A DNA stretch of 64,000 nucleotides from the human T2T-CHM13v2.0 reference genome, Homo sapiens (GCF_009914755.1 NC_060937.1); one strand, 5' to 3'; shown: positions 1 through 21,115, counted from the stretch's first letter. Notes: generated from the letters alone by a model not told the origin. Numbers and translations are program-made.

Positions 1-73
1 TCGCACCACTGCACTCCAGCCTGAGCGACAGAGTGAGACTCTGTCTCAAAAAAAAAAAAAAAAAAAAAAAAAA
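1..73 (+). mobile_element. Alu 3' end with poly(A) tail (cut by window edge)
   Basis: CACCACTGCACTCCAGCCTG...GACTCTGTCTC followed by an A-run. Confidence 0.95.
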
Positions 74-1689
74 GGCTAGAGCCTTAATTTAAAATCTGAA
101 TACTCCCACCAAGGTATCATCAATATCATTTATTGCAACTATAACTAAATAACATTTTTCTTAAGAATTGAATGAGCTACTTTAGTTTATTTTCCTCCAC
201 AGGAGAAGGTAAAATACTACTTGTGAACTCTTTCTACAACTATTCAACATTATCAATTTATTTAATAAACCTGTCTCCCATGACCAACCATCTTACAGAG
301 ATAAAATGGTGGGTGAAGAGGAACTCACTCCCTAGTGGGGAAGGCATAATAGAAGGTGATGTTAGAGCAGAAGTATGAAAGGAACAACAAACATTTAGCA
401 AATGTGTATGTTCCACGAGGATAAATTTAAGTATTTTTCACACATTATTTCTCAACCATGACATTTTGATTTCTTACTTTTCACAATGAGATATGCAACA
501 GACTAATATTTTTCAGTGTTATATAATTAAATTTGAATAGAAAACTAGCAACAGGTCTGGTATCTTGATTTATCTTGACTGTGATCTCTTTTTTTTGGGC
601 AGCTGAGAAGTAGATGCAGAGCAGTAACAAGGAACTTCTGTGATATAAGCTCTAATTTCAGGAATCTTATGTACCCATGCAAAAAGACTTCCTGGAAACT
701 GAGAACTTCAAGTAAGTGGTGCTATTGGGGGGCTGAGTCATAAACAGAGGCTACCACTAGGGATAACAACATTTAGGATATTATATCCTATAATATATGA
801 CACAGTATGAAGCAAAGAGGAGATGGATTAAAGGATCCCTCTCTTCTTCTATCCCTTCTTGGGGAACAGCTGCAGTCTGTAGCTGTATTTTACAGTTTGT
901 GACTGCAGTAGGAAAGTGATTCATTCATATAGTATTTTGCCCTGCTCCCCCATTTTCTGTGACCCACTCAGACTTCCATACCCCAGTCCTCAGCAAATGG
1001 CTGTCACCTCCATGTGCTTCCCCAGCTTACAGGAAACTGACAGTGAGGATTCTTAAAGCTCATGGCTGAATACTGACTGATAGCAGTTTGCCTCTCTATC
1101 ATCAAATCTCTCATGCCCCACCCCTAACCCTATACAAAATTTGCTTAAATACTGGAATTATTTTTTAAAAAGCCCTGCAAAGTATGTTGATTGCACACAA
1201 ATAGATTTTTTTGAGACAGTTTTGCTCTACAAATAGAAATTTTATCCAAAACAAAAATAGAACAAAAAATTTTAAAACTTTCAGGTAAATGGAATAACGA
1301 AGGTTTGAATTCAGGAGCAGATTTGCAATTTCTTACTTAAAAAATTATACTTCTTTTAAAAAATTCCATTGACATTATTTCTGAATTGGTCTTTGTACAA
1401 TTCAGAAAACAAAACGTGTGTAAAACAAATATAGTACTAGCTCTCTTCAATGTCAATCTCAGTTTTGATCACTGTTAACAAGATTTTCCTAAAACAGATT
1501 TGACTTGCTGGGGTGTCCTTAGAGCTTCAGCATTCACTTGACTGACTTACATTAACTTGAGTAAACCTTTCCAAAAGACAGATTAAATAACCACTTACTT
1601 GCCTCTAATTACAACACCTTACAAAGCTAAGCATGTAATATAGCCTCCCTTTTTAATTTGGCTAACTTACTTGTTAAGAATTAATTCTG

Positions 1690-2324
<635 letters not shown>

Positions 2325-2621
2325 TTAAAAGAAAAAAATTCCAGTAGTTATCTGCTCTAGGAGTCCTTCTAGAAGCAGCTATTTTGGGTTAGGTGTCCTC
2401 CCTTGTGGGCATATAGAACCCTGAGTAAGTTTTTATCAAAGCCGTAGTAACCCTGCACTGGAATTGCCTGTTTACTACATTGAAGTCCTCAAGAATAGAA
2501 AGTATCTTTTTTATTCTGTATCCCCAGTGCCTAGTGCATGGCTAACATGGTAACATTCATGGGTTTTTATGAATGGGAATCAATTCCAAACTCAAAGTGT
2601 GTCCTTAAAAAATAATTTTAG

Positions 2622-2925
2622 AGCTGGGCTTAGTGGCCCACGCCTTTAATCCCAGCACTTTGGGAGGCTGAGGCAGGAAGACTACTCTAGCCCAGGAGTT
2701 TGAGACTAGTCTAGGGAACACAGGGAGACCCCATCTCTAAAAAATATTTAAAAAATTAACTCAGGCATGGTAGCACATGTCCATGGTCCCAGCTACTCAG
2801 GAGGCTGAAGTGGGAGGATCACTTGAGCCTGCGAGGTTGAGACTGCAGTAAGCCAGTGAGCCATGATTGCGCCACTGGACTCCAGTCTAGGTCACAGAGT
2901 GAGACCACATCTCAAAAAAAAAAAA
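2622..2925 (+). mobile_element. AluJ
   Basis: Diverged dimer with GGAGGATCACTTGAGCCT motif and A-tail. Confidence 0.85.
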
Positions 2926-3660
2926 ATATTTTAGTCTGTGAACCAATATGCAAAAGTGGGTTATGCTGATGTATTTTAAAGCCTTATTAATAATTTACTG
3001 AAATATCTTTAGATAACCAGGTATATACTCTGCTATGTGCAACCTCACTAAAGATATACACAAATAGGGGCCCTTTAGTTTCCCTTTAACTGTAAATTAC
3101 TGCATATTGCTAATTACTTTAGATTTTAAAAATGCCTTTGTAACAAGAGGAAAGAGGTAAAGCCATTGACAGGTGGTGGCAGTGTTAACTGTACCAAAGG
3201 ATACTGCCTTATTTTTTGCTAAGCATAGAAATCATGGAATCTTAGAAACAGAATGCTCTGAAACTGGATTACACCAGCTGCTTCACATTCTCCTGTAAAT
3301 CTGAATGAATGACTTGATGGATTTCAGGCCTTATACCATGGTTGATTAAGGTTTTAGTGGAGTTTTTCAGCTTCATCTTGGAGTACATTAACAGACTGTA
3401 ATGAGATATTTCTAAGATAAAATTCTGCTAATAAAATGTACTTACAGGAAATGAGCAGAGAATGAGCCAGATATTATACCAAAACAGGTAGTTTACCAGC
3501 AAAGGTACTAAGATACATGCAATTCATATTTCTGTTCTTGTTTATTAATTAAATCACCAGTAAATAAACATATAAATTGCACAATACAAAAATAAAGTAA
3601 TACAGATATGATTATATAATATTCTGGCAAATTAATGTATTATTTAAGCAAAGCTCTGCC

Positions 3661-3993
<333 letters not shown>

Positions 3994-5510
3994 TAGAGCA
4001 AATCATTGAAGATCTAGCACAAATTTGCCAAAGTCTCCCTTTCTGCTTTTACCTTATTCTTTCCGAAATATTTTGTAAGATACCCATGGTCTCAAAAAAA
4101 TATTAAATATATAATCCAATAAAATACATCATTAACTGAAAAAAAAATCTATGCTCTCAGTAATTTCTGAGGATACTTTTAACAGTGAAGATTCTAAAAA
4201 ATTTCATTGCAGAATTTGCAGTATAACGACGGAAACCAAACAAGTTTTGCGGTTTTTTTGGTTATTTTTCTGTTTTGCTTTACAGTAGCACCAAGCATAA
4301 CTAAAGTAAAACTACTACTAAATATGTAGAAAACAATTTCTCACTTTACTACTTCAATTGCCACCACTACTAGAACCAGGGTCACTTTTCTCCTTCAACT
4401 GCCTCTACCCATTTTTCTTTTACAACAGTTGGTGTCAAATGGGGAAATGTGAGTGCTACATCTTAACCTCAAGCACAGGAAGCAGTATAAAATTATGCCA
4501 GTGAATCATATACTAAGTAAAATTGTTAGCATTTGCCCAGGCAGCAGTGAGGTCTACACCAAATACAAAGTTCTCTGGTGCAGGTTAAAGAAAAATCTTT
4601 ACCTTGATCCCCAAGAATTTTGGAATCTTATATGAGAAACAAAACCAGTGAAAACTTGTAGTTTATAAGTTGTTACATACATACTTTTAAGGGTAGGCAT
4701 GGACAGAGCTAGCATTTGGGTAATCTTTCCCTTTTAAAACTTATTGGCGAATCTACTCCTGTGTCTTTATAATCAAGAATAATCCTAGTTAGATCTTGGG
4801 AAGAGAGGGGAGCAGACATTTGTAGACTAGAATAGACAGAGCCTGATATTCTACAATGATCCAGGCAACCTAAATCTCCAAACTTGAATTGCTTGTGAAG
4901 TACTCTTAAATATTTAAGAGTAACTCTTAAATATTTGAAAACTCAAATGAATTTTGTCACTTTTAGTCTAAAATTAGTTTCTAAATATTTATGGGCTATT
5001 GTTTAGATAGTCTCTTAACTTATAACTTTATAAAACTTCATGTAAGTAACAAATATTATTACCAGTATTAATAATATTCCTGAAATTATGGGTATACTCC
5101 TTAGGCTGTGAAAACTTGAATACCCCAACTCACTTACAGGCTGGAGGATGAATAAACTTGAAGAAGCTCCCTTGAACAATGAAGGTTAGTGGCAACAGAC
5201 AAAGGTGTCTGTTCCATTTATAAAGGTGTAAACAGGATAAGCTAGTAAAACAGGGCTAACTGGGTTAGAATAGAGAATGTACAGAGTCAGAACAAAAGAG
5301 ATGAACTAGTGAAGAGCAAGAGGCAAACATCAACAATTACCTGATCTGAAGGTAACAGCAGGTAAAAATTAGCAGTAATATAGTGACATAATCAAAGCAG
5401 TGAAGTGGAAAATAAGTTTAGATCTAGCCTTTGAAACATTTTATGTGAAGGATAAATACTAAGAACTAGGAAGAGACAAGGATGTAACCTGAAAATTTAG
5501 AGCAGAGGTT

Positions 5511-5733
5511 CTGCAACCTCCACCTCCTGGGTTCAAGCAATTCTCGTGCCTCAGCCTCTTGAGTAGCTGGGATTACAGGCATGCACCACCACGCCAGGCT
5601 AATTTTTGTATTTTTAGTAGAGATGGGGTTTCACCATGTTGACCAGGCTAGTCTCAAACTCCTGGCCTCAAGTGATCCACCCACTTTGGCCTCCCAAAGT
5701 GCTGGGATTACAGGTGTGAGCCACTACTCTGCC
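5511..5733 (-). mobile_element. AluS lacking its 3' end and poly(A) tail
   Basis: Antisense Alu starting at CTGCAACCTCC; flanked by TAGAGCAGAGGTT / TACAGCAGAGGTT. Confidence 0.85.
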
Positions 5734-6843
5734 TACAGCAGAGGTTGTTAACCTTACATGACATAATCATACTTCTGGGGTTCATAACTCCCTGAAATCT
5801 GTGTGAAACATGTTTGTGCATTTTTTTGGGAAAGAGTATGTAACTTTTACCACATAATCAGATTCACACCCTATTCAAAGATCAGGAAAAATGACAAAGA
5901 TGAATGATAAAATGGTAAAATACAATAATTAGTAAAATAAAATGTCTCAATTTTAAGTACTGCACGTTAGAATAATGTATATAGTTAATGAAGTTTAAAC
6001 AGCTGAGATGAATATTTGACTCAGTCCCTTTTTGATATCTAGTAGTAAAGGTCTCTTTTAAAATTTAAGTGAAAAGAGCTTCCCCAACATGACTAAGTAT
6101 GAAATGTAAAATCTATTAATTCCAGGTCGTCTAAAAATGTCACCAGCTAAAGCAGATTAATTAAAATAAAGAATACACACAACTGCTATCTAGCACAAAT
6201 AAAGCAAAGAACTACAGGAAATCATTGCTACACAAAATTTTTTAATAAAAGCTTGGTCTTTAACAAAACCTTACATGCATATCTGCATAATTCTGATTTT
6301 TGTTTTCACTATACCTTTTCCTGGATGTGGCAACAAAGCCACTGCGGGGTGCCTTCCCCTGCTCTATATAAGAAAGTGGCCATCACATTAACTATGATAA
6401 ATACTTATAGCTTTTAGTAGAGAAACAACTAAAGAGAAATACGGGTGACAAGAGACTGGAGAGCAAGGAGACAGGGGCAAGGGCTAGTCTCCAAAAGGGC
6501 CTGGACAGCTTACTTTCCCTCTAATGACACAATGTGGAACTACAATAATCATGTCTTAGCTTTAGCACTAATAGCTTTATTTCTATAAAAACTCTATCTA
6601 CTGAAGATACAATAGCCAAAACTTTTAACAGTAACTAGTCTTCTCAAGTCATCATAAGAAGAGGATGGTTTTTTACAAGTTTCCTTTTGACTTTTCCCCT
6701 AATTTTTCTATAATATACATGTATTTCAATAAGAAAAAAAGCCAACATAAGTAATTTTTAAAAAAGAATTGAGAAACAAGCAACAGCTCTAGCCCCCTTC
6801 CTGATATATATCAAAGAATTTCAGTAAACATAAATTATTATTT

Positions 6844-7311
6844 TGTTAGATATGAGTTCTAAATTTCTCTTCAAAGAATATGTACGTTCAATTATTTGCT
6901 TTCTACTTTTAAACTTAACTTCCTTCTAAAACAACCTTTTTCGATTACCTGCTCCACCCTGACTCATTCTAATTACCTGCTCATTCTCCACACTGACTCA
7001 TTCCAATTTCCTGCTCTGCCATAAGTGTTTTTCCCACCAAACCACTCACCCCGTCACTCTCTTTAGCCAACTGGAATTAGTTTAGCCTGTGCGGTCTAAC
7101 CCTAGCCAATAGGGGAAAGACACAGCAGCAGGGGCCACGTGCATCAGGGGTAAGAACCCCTTCCCCTCCCTTGTCCAAGTGTGCGCTCACCATTGTTCCA
7201 TCTGTAAGGGCGCACTCTTCTGTAGAAGTACATTGCCTTGCTGAGAATTAAAAAGAAAAATTTATATTCGAGTGCTATTTCTTTTGCAGCATGGAAACTT
7301 CATTTATAACC
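6844..7311 (+). mobile_element. Solo LTR, HERV-I family (LTR10A/F-like)
   Basis: Starts TGTTAGATATGAGTTCTAAATTTC, ends TATAACC; 4-bp TSD ATTT (6840-6843, 7312-7315); clearly homologous to LTR at 13831. Confidence 0.85.
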
Positions 7312-7428
7312 ATTTCTTCAGTGTTTCAGGAAGCAATCTTTTTACAACTATAATTTAAGATGGATTTAAGCACTGCCTAATGGTCAAGTCTACTAATGAA
7401 ATACAAAGTACTAGTTTAAAAACAAAAA

Positions 7429-7593
7429 GGCTGGGCTAGCTCGTGCCTGTAGTCCTAGCTACTCGAGAGATTGAGGAGGGAGGCCTGCTTGGGTCTAGGA
7501 GTTTGCCTTGAGCTATGATTGCACCACTATGCTCTGGCCTGGGCGACAGAGACCTTGTCTATATAAGTAGAAAACAAAAACAAAAACAAAAAA
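7429..7593 (+). mobile_element. Old Alu monomer (FRAM/AluJ right arm)
   Basis: GCCTGTAGTCCTAGCTACTCG...CTGGGCGACAGAG and an A/C-rich tail. Confidence 0.7.
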
Positions 7594-8424
7594 GTTGCAG
7601 TATTAAATAAATAAACATGCTTCAATCACTGATAAAAAGTGATCAGTCAGTATTAAGTTTTTTAAAAAATAAAAGTGTGTCTCTGTAAAATACACTACTG
7701 ATTGCCTTTGTATTGCAACGGTTTCCTGGTTGAACCCCAATGCTTCCTCATAATCATTATTTTCTGGCTTGCCATTAAAGTATCTTACACTTGGTATGTC
7801 TGAGAATAGGAAATACTAGGACAGACAAGTCTTTCATATATACTTCAACATATGTAGGCAGCTGGATCAGTTATCATCTGATAATTAAATGAGCCTTTGG
7901 GAAGTGCTCAGCTGTTTCCTGTTTTTCCTTTGCAGTAGGGCAGTCACAGCTCCATGCATGGGGCTCCCGCTAAAGCAACAGTCAAAGCAGTACTACTACC
8001 ATCACCGAAAGAGCAGTTCCCTGACCTGAAATTCAATCCTGGAGCATTCCAAGCATTCCAGAACTTCCCAGGACTGGGCCTGAATGGAGGCAGAGCCATA
8101 TTGAAAATGTGCTGATTTGAGCTGGTTTCTTAACTGGGCAATTATGACCAAGTTAAACTGAAAAAGTTTTTGTCCTTAAAACAACAGTGTGATTTAATCT
8201 CCTGACATTTAAGAAACATAGAAATCAACCCATTTACAGCTTCTCACTGTATATAATCTTCTAATTGCATATACTAGTGAATAAGAAAAATGACATAATT
8301 TCAAACAGTAGATGTGCTGCATTATTCATATTTTCCTTTGAAATATCTGGAACAGTTTGTAGAAACACATTGTGCTTTCATATTTAAGGGTTCATTTTGC
8401 CTAATTTTAAAAATGGTTTGCACT

Positions 8425-8822
<398 letters not shown>

Positions 8823-10724
8823 TTAATGATATCCATGTGGATAAATTTCAGATTTTATAACACCTTATTTCCTTAGAAATATCTATGAACTATCTATGGA
8901 ACCACATATCTATGGAACTTTCATAGATGTCTATGAAAATTTTAAGTCCAGGCTATACTTAAAAAATATGATTCATTATTATTTTTATATTGAAATTACT
9001 TATACTCTGAAAACATTTAATAATGTTATTTATGAAGTTATTGAGACAATATATTTACTACTAATTTACTCTACCAAATATTTACTGCTTTTTAAACTAT
9101 AAATAAAACATTTAAATTCATATACTGCTACTATTAGTGGCTTATGGTGTGTTTATGCACTGTTGTAATTCATAAAACTCCAAAATTCACAGTAACAGAA
9201 GCATAATTTGTAAATATTAGCTACTAAAACACATGGTTTATAGAACAAGAACAAACAGTAATATTTACTTGGATTCCACTAAACAATATAAATGCAAAAG
9301 AAAAGGTTAAATATACTTTGCTGTTACAATTTGTTGTTCTTTCCCCCAGAAGAGTCACTGTATAGATTTACAGTAGGATCGTTAACTACTGTCCTATTAC
9401 ACAATGAAGGAATGTAAGACAACCTCTCATTCATGCAGGACAAACAGCTATGCCGAAAGCACAAATTACATCTAATTACAGGGTATAACTTTGTCATCTC
9501 TCTTTTCATAATCTAGCCATTTACAACTTTGATTTTTGACTTCCATTTGGGTTTATTAACATCATAGCTTTGTCATCACCTGTTTCTACAGATATTTTTA
9601 CCTGAGGCAGTAAAGTATAAAAACTTCTTTGCATTCTTCCTTTACTGTTGCAAGAAAGCTTTAGTCTTCACTGGGATTACAATGTTTCATGGTTATTAAA
9701 CTTCTGTATGTTGCTATAAAGTTTACTGCTCTTGGCCTACCAATTTTACATGTACTGTCATTAAACCAATGCACTGCACACAAATATACTAGCAGTACAC
9801 TCCAATAAGTTCCAGTTTTACCTACTGTTAATGTCCTATTAGCATATATATTTTTTCTTTTTCACAAAAATAATCACTACAAATCTATGGTCAGACAGCT
9901 TGAAATAAAAGAAAACAATGCCAATTTAATTTTATGATTAGGGCTCTTATAGCAAATTCAAATAGATCCATCTTATTAACTACATTGAGTGTTTAAAATA
10001 TTCACTGACATGCAATAGACAAAGATTCTACAACTAATAAAACTGCAAATTCACTTCCTAAGTTATTAATAATATAGTTCTGCTTGTTTAAACATAACGG
10101 TCCACATTTCTTGCTTTTATTTAACATCTGTAATCATCTCTTTTAGTCAGATTGTACTCACAAAATAAAAAATGAGTTCAAAATATGAATTTAAATAATA
10201 TCAAAGAAAAGCAAACCATCTAGTATTCTCTATTTTAGAATTTTGACAATTTTTAAATTTAATGCCCAATATATTACTTGTATTAAACTCAAATACCAAG
10301 GTTTATGAAAAAACATTTTTTAGATAATACTTTACAGCAACATTAAAAAACCCCAATTAGCTGACTCACTAGAAGAAAGCCATTAGAAGTTTGTGGCAAT
10401 TGGTCCTATATTTATCATAATTGTTGCATCTCAGCTCTCATGGTTCAGTTTCACAGTTTTGTAAATTATCCCCTCTCCCCCTAACTATCTGGGTTACCCG
10501 CTCCAGTAGCAGATTAAGATCCCTCTGATGATTACAGATCCCTGAATCTACTTTTTCAGAGCAGTTCACTATCCGTTTTTTTCTTTAAGCCTTTTTTAAT
10601 AGAAGGAAAATGTAGAATTAGTCTATAATCAGCTTCTAGAATTTACTATACCCTCTGCTTTCATTCCTGTTGCAACAGAAAAAATATCCCTGCTGCTATG
10701 AAAATCCAACTTTTCTACTTGTGT

Positions 10725-11025
<301 letters not shown>

Positions 11026-11499
11026 CGTGTTACAGCATATATTTTAGTCTTCCTTATAGCTTAAGCTTATGTTTATTACTCTCATTTTTCTCTCCATTTA
11101 AAAATTCTAACTTGCGCAGCATTTTTCTAAGTCACTAAATCTTTCTAGTATCAAGGTCAGCATAAATATACAAACATTTAAATATAGTATGTAAAAATGA
11201 TGCATTAAAGTTGGTGAGAGAAGATGCTTAATTTTGTTTTCCTAGAAGCTGCTCTCCCAGGCATCTTCTTCCCTCTTTCCCATTATTATTTGTCTGACAT
11301 TCCAGAGAGTATAATCTATATCCTAGGAAAATTATCTGTCATTTTGTACATCAAAGCTAAAAGCTCTCCTCTCTCAGATGGGTTAATCAAGACTTGGTTG
11401 CACCCTCTCTTCCTTCCTCCCCTTTGCCAGGGACGAGGGGAGGAGAGAACCGAGTATTCAAGGCACCAGCTTTCAGGAGACTGGTTACATATGGGGCAA

Positions 11500-11860
11500 T
11501 TGAGTATCAAAATAAATGGACTCTTTGAGTAAAATGGGAATCCATGAGTCCGTAGATATAAATGAATAAATGAGTAAACAGTGGAGAGGACAAAGCCCTA
11601 TGAAGCCACAAAATTATCTCCCCACAAAATACTTATTAATGAGTATAAAGTACTTATTAAATTTTTAATGAAGAAACCTGACAGATGTCTTCTTACCAAA
11701 TGATAAAAGTAATTGTAATTATCAGCAGTAGAAATCTAATTTGTTTACCTCCTAATATGATGCACTGAAAAGGAGACAGCATGGCTTTAGTGTTATTTGT
11801 GAAAAAAGTGCATGAATCATGAGGAAACATTAACCAAACCTAAATTAAGGAAGATTCTGG
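11500..11860 (+). mobile_element. Old L1M (L1MC/L1MD-like) 3' fragment
   Basis: GGGAATCCATGAGTCC, CCCCACAAAATACTTATTAAT, ATCATGAGGAAACAT motifs recalled from L1MC 3' regions. Confidence 0.5.
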
Positions 11861-12349
11861 AGATAGCCACTACTCAATGATAGGTGAAAATGCTTTAAAA
11901 CTGCAAATGCAAGTAGGCATAGGAACAATATGAATGGATTATAGATCGGAGGAAAAGCATGCTGATTTCGAAGTGAATTTAGCCATTTTAAGCACAGCTT
12001 TAGCTGGACACTCTTACCATTCATTCAACCACTCACTCACTTAACAGTCATTAATTAGTACCTATGATGAATTAGGGACTATACTAAGTATTAGTAAAAT
12101 GATGAATAAAAGCTGAATAGTTAGGTATAAGTACTTCAGAATGGTAGTTATAAGATACTAAAAACTAAATGTGCACTTTAAGTAGATGACATTTCAGTGA
12201 ATACTGAATCTTGATTTTTCTTTTTTGATAGATTCAAAGAAGTCAGACTTTGAACTGCATAGGTGGAGGCATTCTGCTTTCTCTGAACATGAAGACATCC
12301 AACTTAAATTTTATTAAGTAAATAATATCAAATTCAGCATTTCAATACA

Positions 12350-13830
12350 GACCCCAGTGTCAACCAGGAGTCTTGCCCCCCGATGTAGAGCTTTTATGCC
12401 ATAGTTGGTCCAACGTTCTGCGGACCACTAAAGAGCAAGGATGGACTGCCCCAACCGGTTTTTGTAATTTCCTAAAATCATACATTCATTTTACTAGAGG
12501 ATCATAGAAGTTAAAGACTTAAAACAAACTTTGGCAATTAAGACAGGATACCAAGATGCAAATGCCTGGTTGGAATGGATCAAATATTCCATCCACACGT
12601 TAAACAAAACAATTGTTATGCTTGTGTGCATGGCAGGCCAGAGGCCCAAACTGTCCCCTTTCCACTAAGGTGGTCCTCCAGTTGACCAGGCGTGGGCTGC
12701 ATGGTAGTTCTTTTCCAGGACCCTACAGCCTCAAGTAATAAGTCATCCCAAGCTCTCTCTGCTATATCCCGAAGTCCAGCACCCTGCAGGTCAGCCCCCA
12801 AGGGCCATCTAGCTTCCATCTCCCAACACTAAGCTCACTTCGTGTCTCTCATGACAGGGAGGAAATTTAGCATTCCTTGGAGACTGGAAGGATGCAGTGA
12901 GCTTAAGAATTTTCAAGAGCTTATCAATGAGTCAGCCCTTGTTCATCCCCAAGCGGATGTGTGGTGGTATTGTGGTGGACCTTTACTGGACACTCTGCCA
13001 AATAACCAGAAGTGGCACTTGTGCTTTAGTCCAGTTGGCTATCCCTTTCACCCTAGCATCTCATCAACCAGAGGAAGGAAAAATAAGACATCGTAAAGCA
13101 AGAGAAGCCCCTTGGATCTTTCGACTCTCAGGTCTGTTTAGACACAATTAGAATCTCGCGGGGAATACCAGATCAATTTAAAGCCCAAAATCAAATAGCT
13201 GCAGGATTTAAGTCAATATTTTGATAGGTAACAATAAAAATGTAGATTAGATAAACCACATCTACTACAACCAACAGCGATTTATTAACTACACTAAAAA
13301 TGCTATTAAAGGAAAGCTGAACAATTAAGGGCTACTAGCCAGATGGCTTGGGAAAATAAGATAGCCTTAGACATGATATTAGCAGAAACAGTAGGAGTTT
13401 GCATCATGATTAAAACTCAATGTTGCACCTTCATCCTAAACAACACTGCCCCTAATGGAAGTATAACAAAGGCACTGCAAGGTCTGACTTCTCTACCCAA
13501 TGAGTTAGCCTGCAACTCAGGGGTAAATGACCCCTTTACAGGATGGCTAGAAAAGTGGTTTGGTAAATGGAAAGGAATAATAGCCTCAATTCTTACTTCC
13601 CTCACAGCCGTAATGGGTGTACTTATTCTTGTCAGGTGCTGTGTCATACCATACATCCGTAGGTTGGTGCAGAGGCTCATAAAAACGGCACTTACTAAAA
13701 CCTCCCTTAACTATCCTCCACCTTATCCAGAGAAGCTTCTTCTTTTGGAAAATCAAGCAAAACAACTAAGCCAAGACATGTTAAAAAAACTTTGAAAAGA
13801 AAGCTGTTAAGGAAACACAAGGGTAGGGGT
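12350..13830 (+). mobile_element. HERV-I (HERVIP10-like) internal fragment: degraded env, ending in polypurine tract
   Basis: SU remnants (WWYCGGPLLDTLP), furin-like RHRKAR, TM ORF 13343-13795 with ENKIALDMILAE immunosuppressive domain, CX6CC (CIMIKTQCC) and hydrophobic anchor; purine tract directly before LTR. Confidence 0.85.
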
Positions 13831-14365
13831 TGTTAGATATGAGTTCTAAATTTCTCTTCAAAGAATCAATATGTCAGTATGTTCAATTCTTTGCCTTCTA
13901 CTTTTAAACTTAACTTCCTCATAAAGCAACCTTTTTCGATTACCTGCTCCACCCTGACTCATTTCAATCACCTGTTCCACCCTGACTCATTCGGATTACC
14001 TGCTCCACCCTGACTCCTTCCGATTACCTATTCCACCCTGACTTCATGATTCTGATCACCTGTTCTGTCATAACCATTTTTCCCACCAAACCACTCACCC
14101 CGTAGTGCACTCTCTTTAAATTACCCAATTGAAATTAGTTTAGCCTGTGCAGTCTAACCCTAGCCAATGGAAAAATACAGCAGCAAGGGTCACGTGCGTC
14201 AGGGATAAGAACCTCTTTCCCTCCCTTGTCCAAGTGTGCGCTCACCATTGTTCCGTCTGTAAGGGCGCACCCTTCTATAGAAGTACCTTGCCTTGCTGAG
14301 AATTAAAAGAAAATTTTATATTTGAGTGCTATTTCTTTTGCAGCACCAAAACTTTATATATAACA
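13831..14365 (+). mobile_element. 3' LTR of HERV-I (LTR10A/F-like) with internal 28-bp tandem repeat
   Basis: TG...CA termini (TGTTAGAT...TATAACA); about 4.5 copies of GATTACCTGCTCCACCCTGACTCATTCC at 13938-14065. Confidence 0.88.
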
Positions 14366-19340
<4,975 letters not shown>

Positions 19341-19493
19341 CCAACTAAAGACAAAATTAGAAACTTTATTTTAAGAATAAAAACCAGAAACTTAAAAAGA
19401 AAAAAGAAAAGAAAATCTTTACCCTGTACCATTACAAGTAGTCAACTGGGGGTTTCCTTGCTTCTTGAAACCTGGGTGAAACTCTCTAGAACT

Positions 19494-20340
19494 GTATACC
19501 GGCTGTCAATTTATTGTCTCCCAGCTAAAATCCACACTTCTTTGCTTGGTGATACTAGAGCTGGACTCTGTAAACTCTTCTCCTTTGCCAGCTGGGATAA
19601 CTCTGTCCACAGAAGGCATGGGAGTGACACTGCAAGACAGCAGAGCCAAAAAGGCACTTTCCTCTCAGGTCTCAGTCCACCTTTTGTTATTCAGAACTGG
19701 AGCCCAAAGGCCCTCACAGACCAGCCAGAACCACTTCCAATTAGTACTGGTAGGCAGGCATAGTGACTTCAGCTGCACCTTCAGGACACACTGGTGGGTG
19801 GCTTCCAAACAGCTTTAATGAACAGCTTCCATGGCAGCTCCAGGGGCCCTTAGGCCACACACAACCCACCAGGCTGCAGCTATGAGCTGCTCCAGGGCAC
19901 CACCTCTGTGGTAGCTCTAAGCCAGGCCCTCAGGCCACATTCTTCCACCCAGCAGGTCAATACTGTACACTAGTTCCAGCCCACTCACCCCTTCCACCAA
20001 TGGTAGGCTCCTTCTACAGACTAGTTGTGGCCTGTGCCATCTGACAAGTTTCTTCAGCTGCAGCAGGCTTTATATTCTTGTGATAGGCACAGCCTCTTGG
20101 AAAAGGCTCAATCCCTGCTTTGGGGTGGAGGAGGATACCTCTCCTAAGTCTTTAGTTCCTTCACGGTCCACTCTCCTTCAGCCTATAGGCAGTAGCTACT
20201 TTTTGACACCTGCTACTTCTGGACCCCTGTGAGTATTACTCTCTTAGTAGTCAATCACCTTCTACTACTTTTTTACATTAAATTTCCTTCTTCAAATTAC
20301 TGGTTTGATTTCTTTCTCCTTATTGGACTCTGATAGAGAT
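19494..20340 (+). mobile_element. Old ERVL-type LTR (LTR33/LTR41-like)
   Basis: Start TGTATACCGGCTGTCAATTTATTGTCTCCCAGCT; end CAAATTACTGGTTTGATTTCTTTCTCCTTATTGGAC resemble recalled ERVL LTR termini. Confidence 0.55.
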
Positions 20341-20722
20341 AAATCCTACCTTTAATTTCACAATCTAGTAATATTCAAAATCCTTCCAGGAGTGTTGCTA
20401 AGAACTGCAATGGAGGTACTTGCAATGGAGGTACTTACATTCTCCACGTCTCCTCTTTTGATTATCACTTCCATTCAGTGCTACTTCTGCTTAAAACCAC
20501 GGGAGCCTTGTGCAACTCTATCAAAGCACTTGTGCATTTGCTAGGCTTTACTTAAGATGGGCTGAAAGAAGGGGAGATCTTAAGACTACAGAGTTGCTTT
20601 TCCAATCCTGTCCTTCCTTCTCCCTCCATCTCCACTCCCAGGACTCACTTCCCCCCACATTTCCTTATATGCTCCAAATTCTTCTGCTTGCATTATGCAA
20701 AGCAGCTTTCTCTCACCCCTGA

Positions 20723-21115
<393 letters not shown>

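Noticed and set aside
9324-9509. ORF with LYSDSSGGKNN resembling the SDxCGGQNxN motif of some DDE transposases
   Set aside because: Only 61 aa, key residues differ, and no supporting motifs or TIRs nearby; likely chance. A Dfam/HMMER search would settle it.
13938-14065. CRISPR-like array
   Set aside because: Head-to-tail VNTR without unique spacers, inside a primate LTR.
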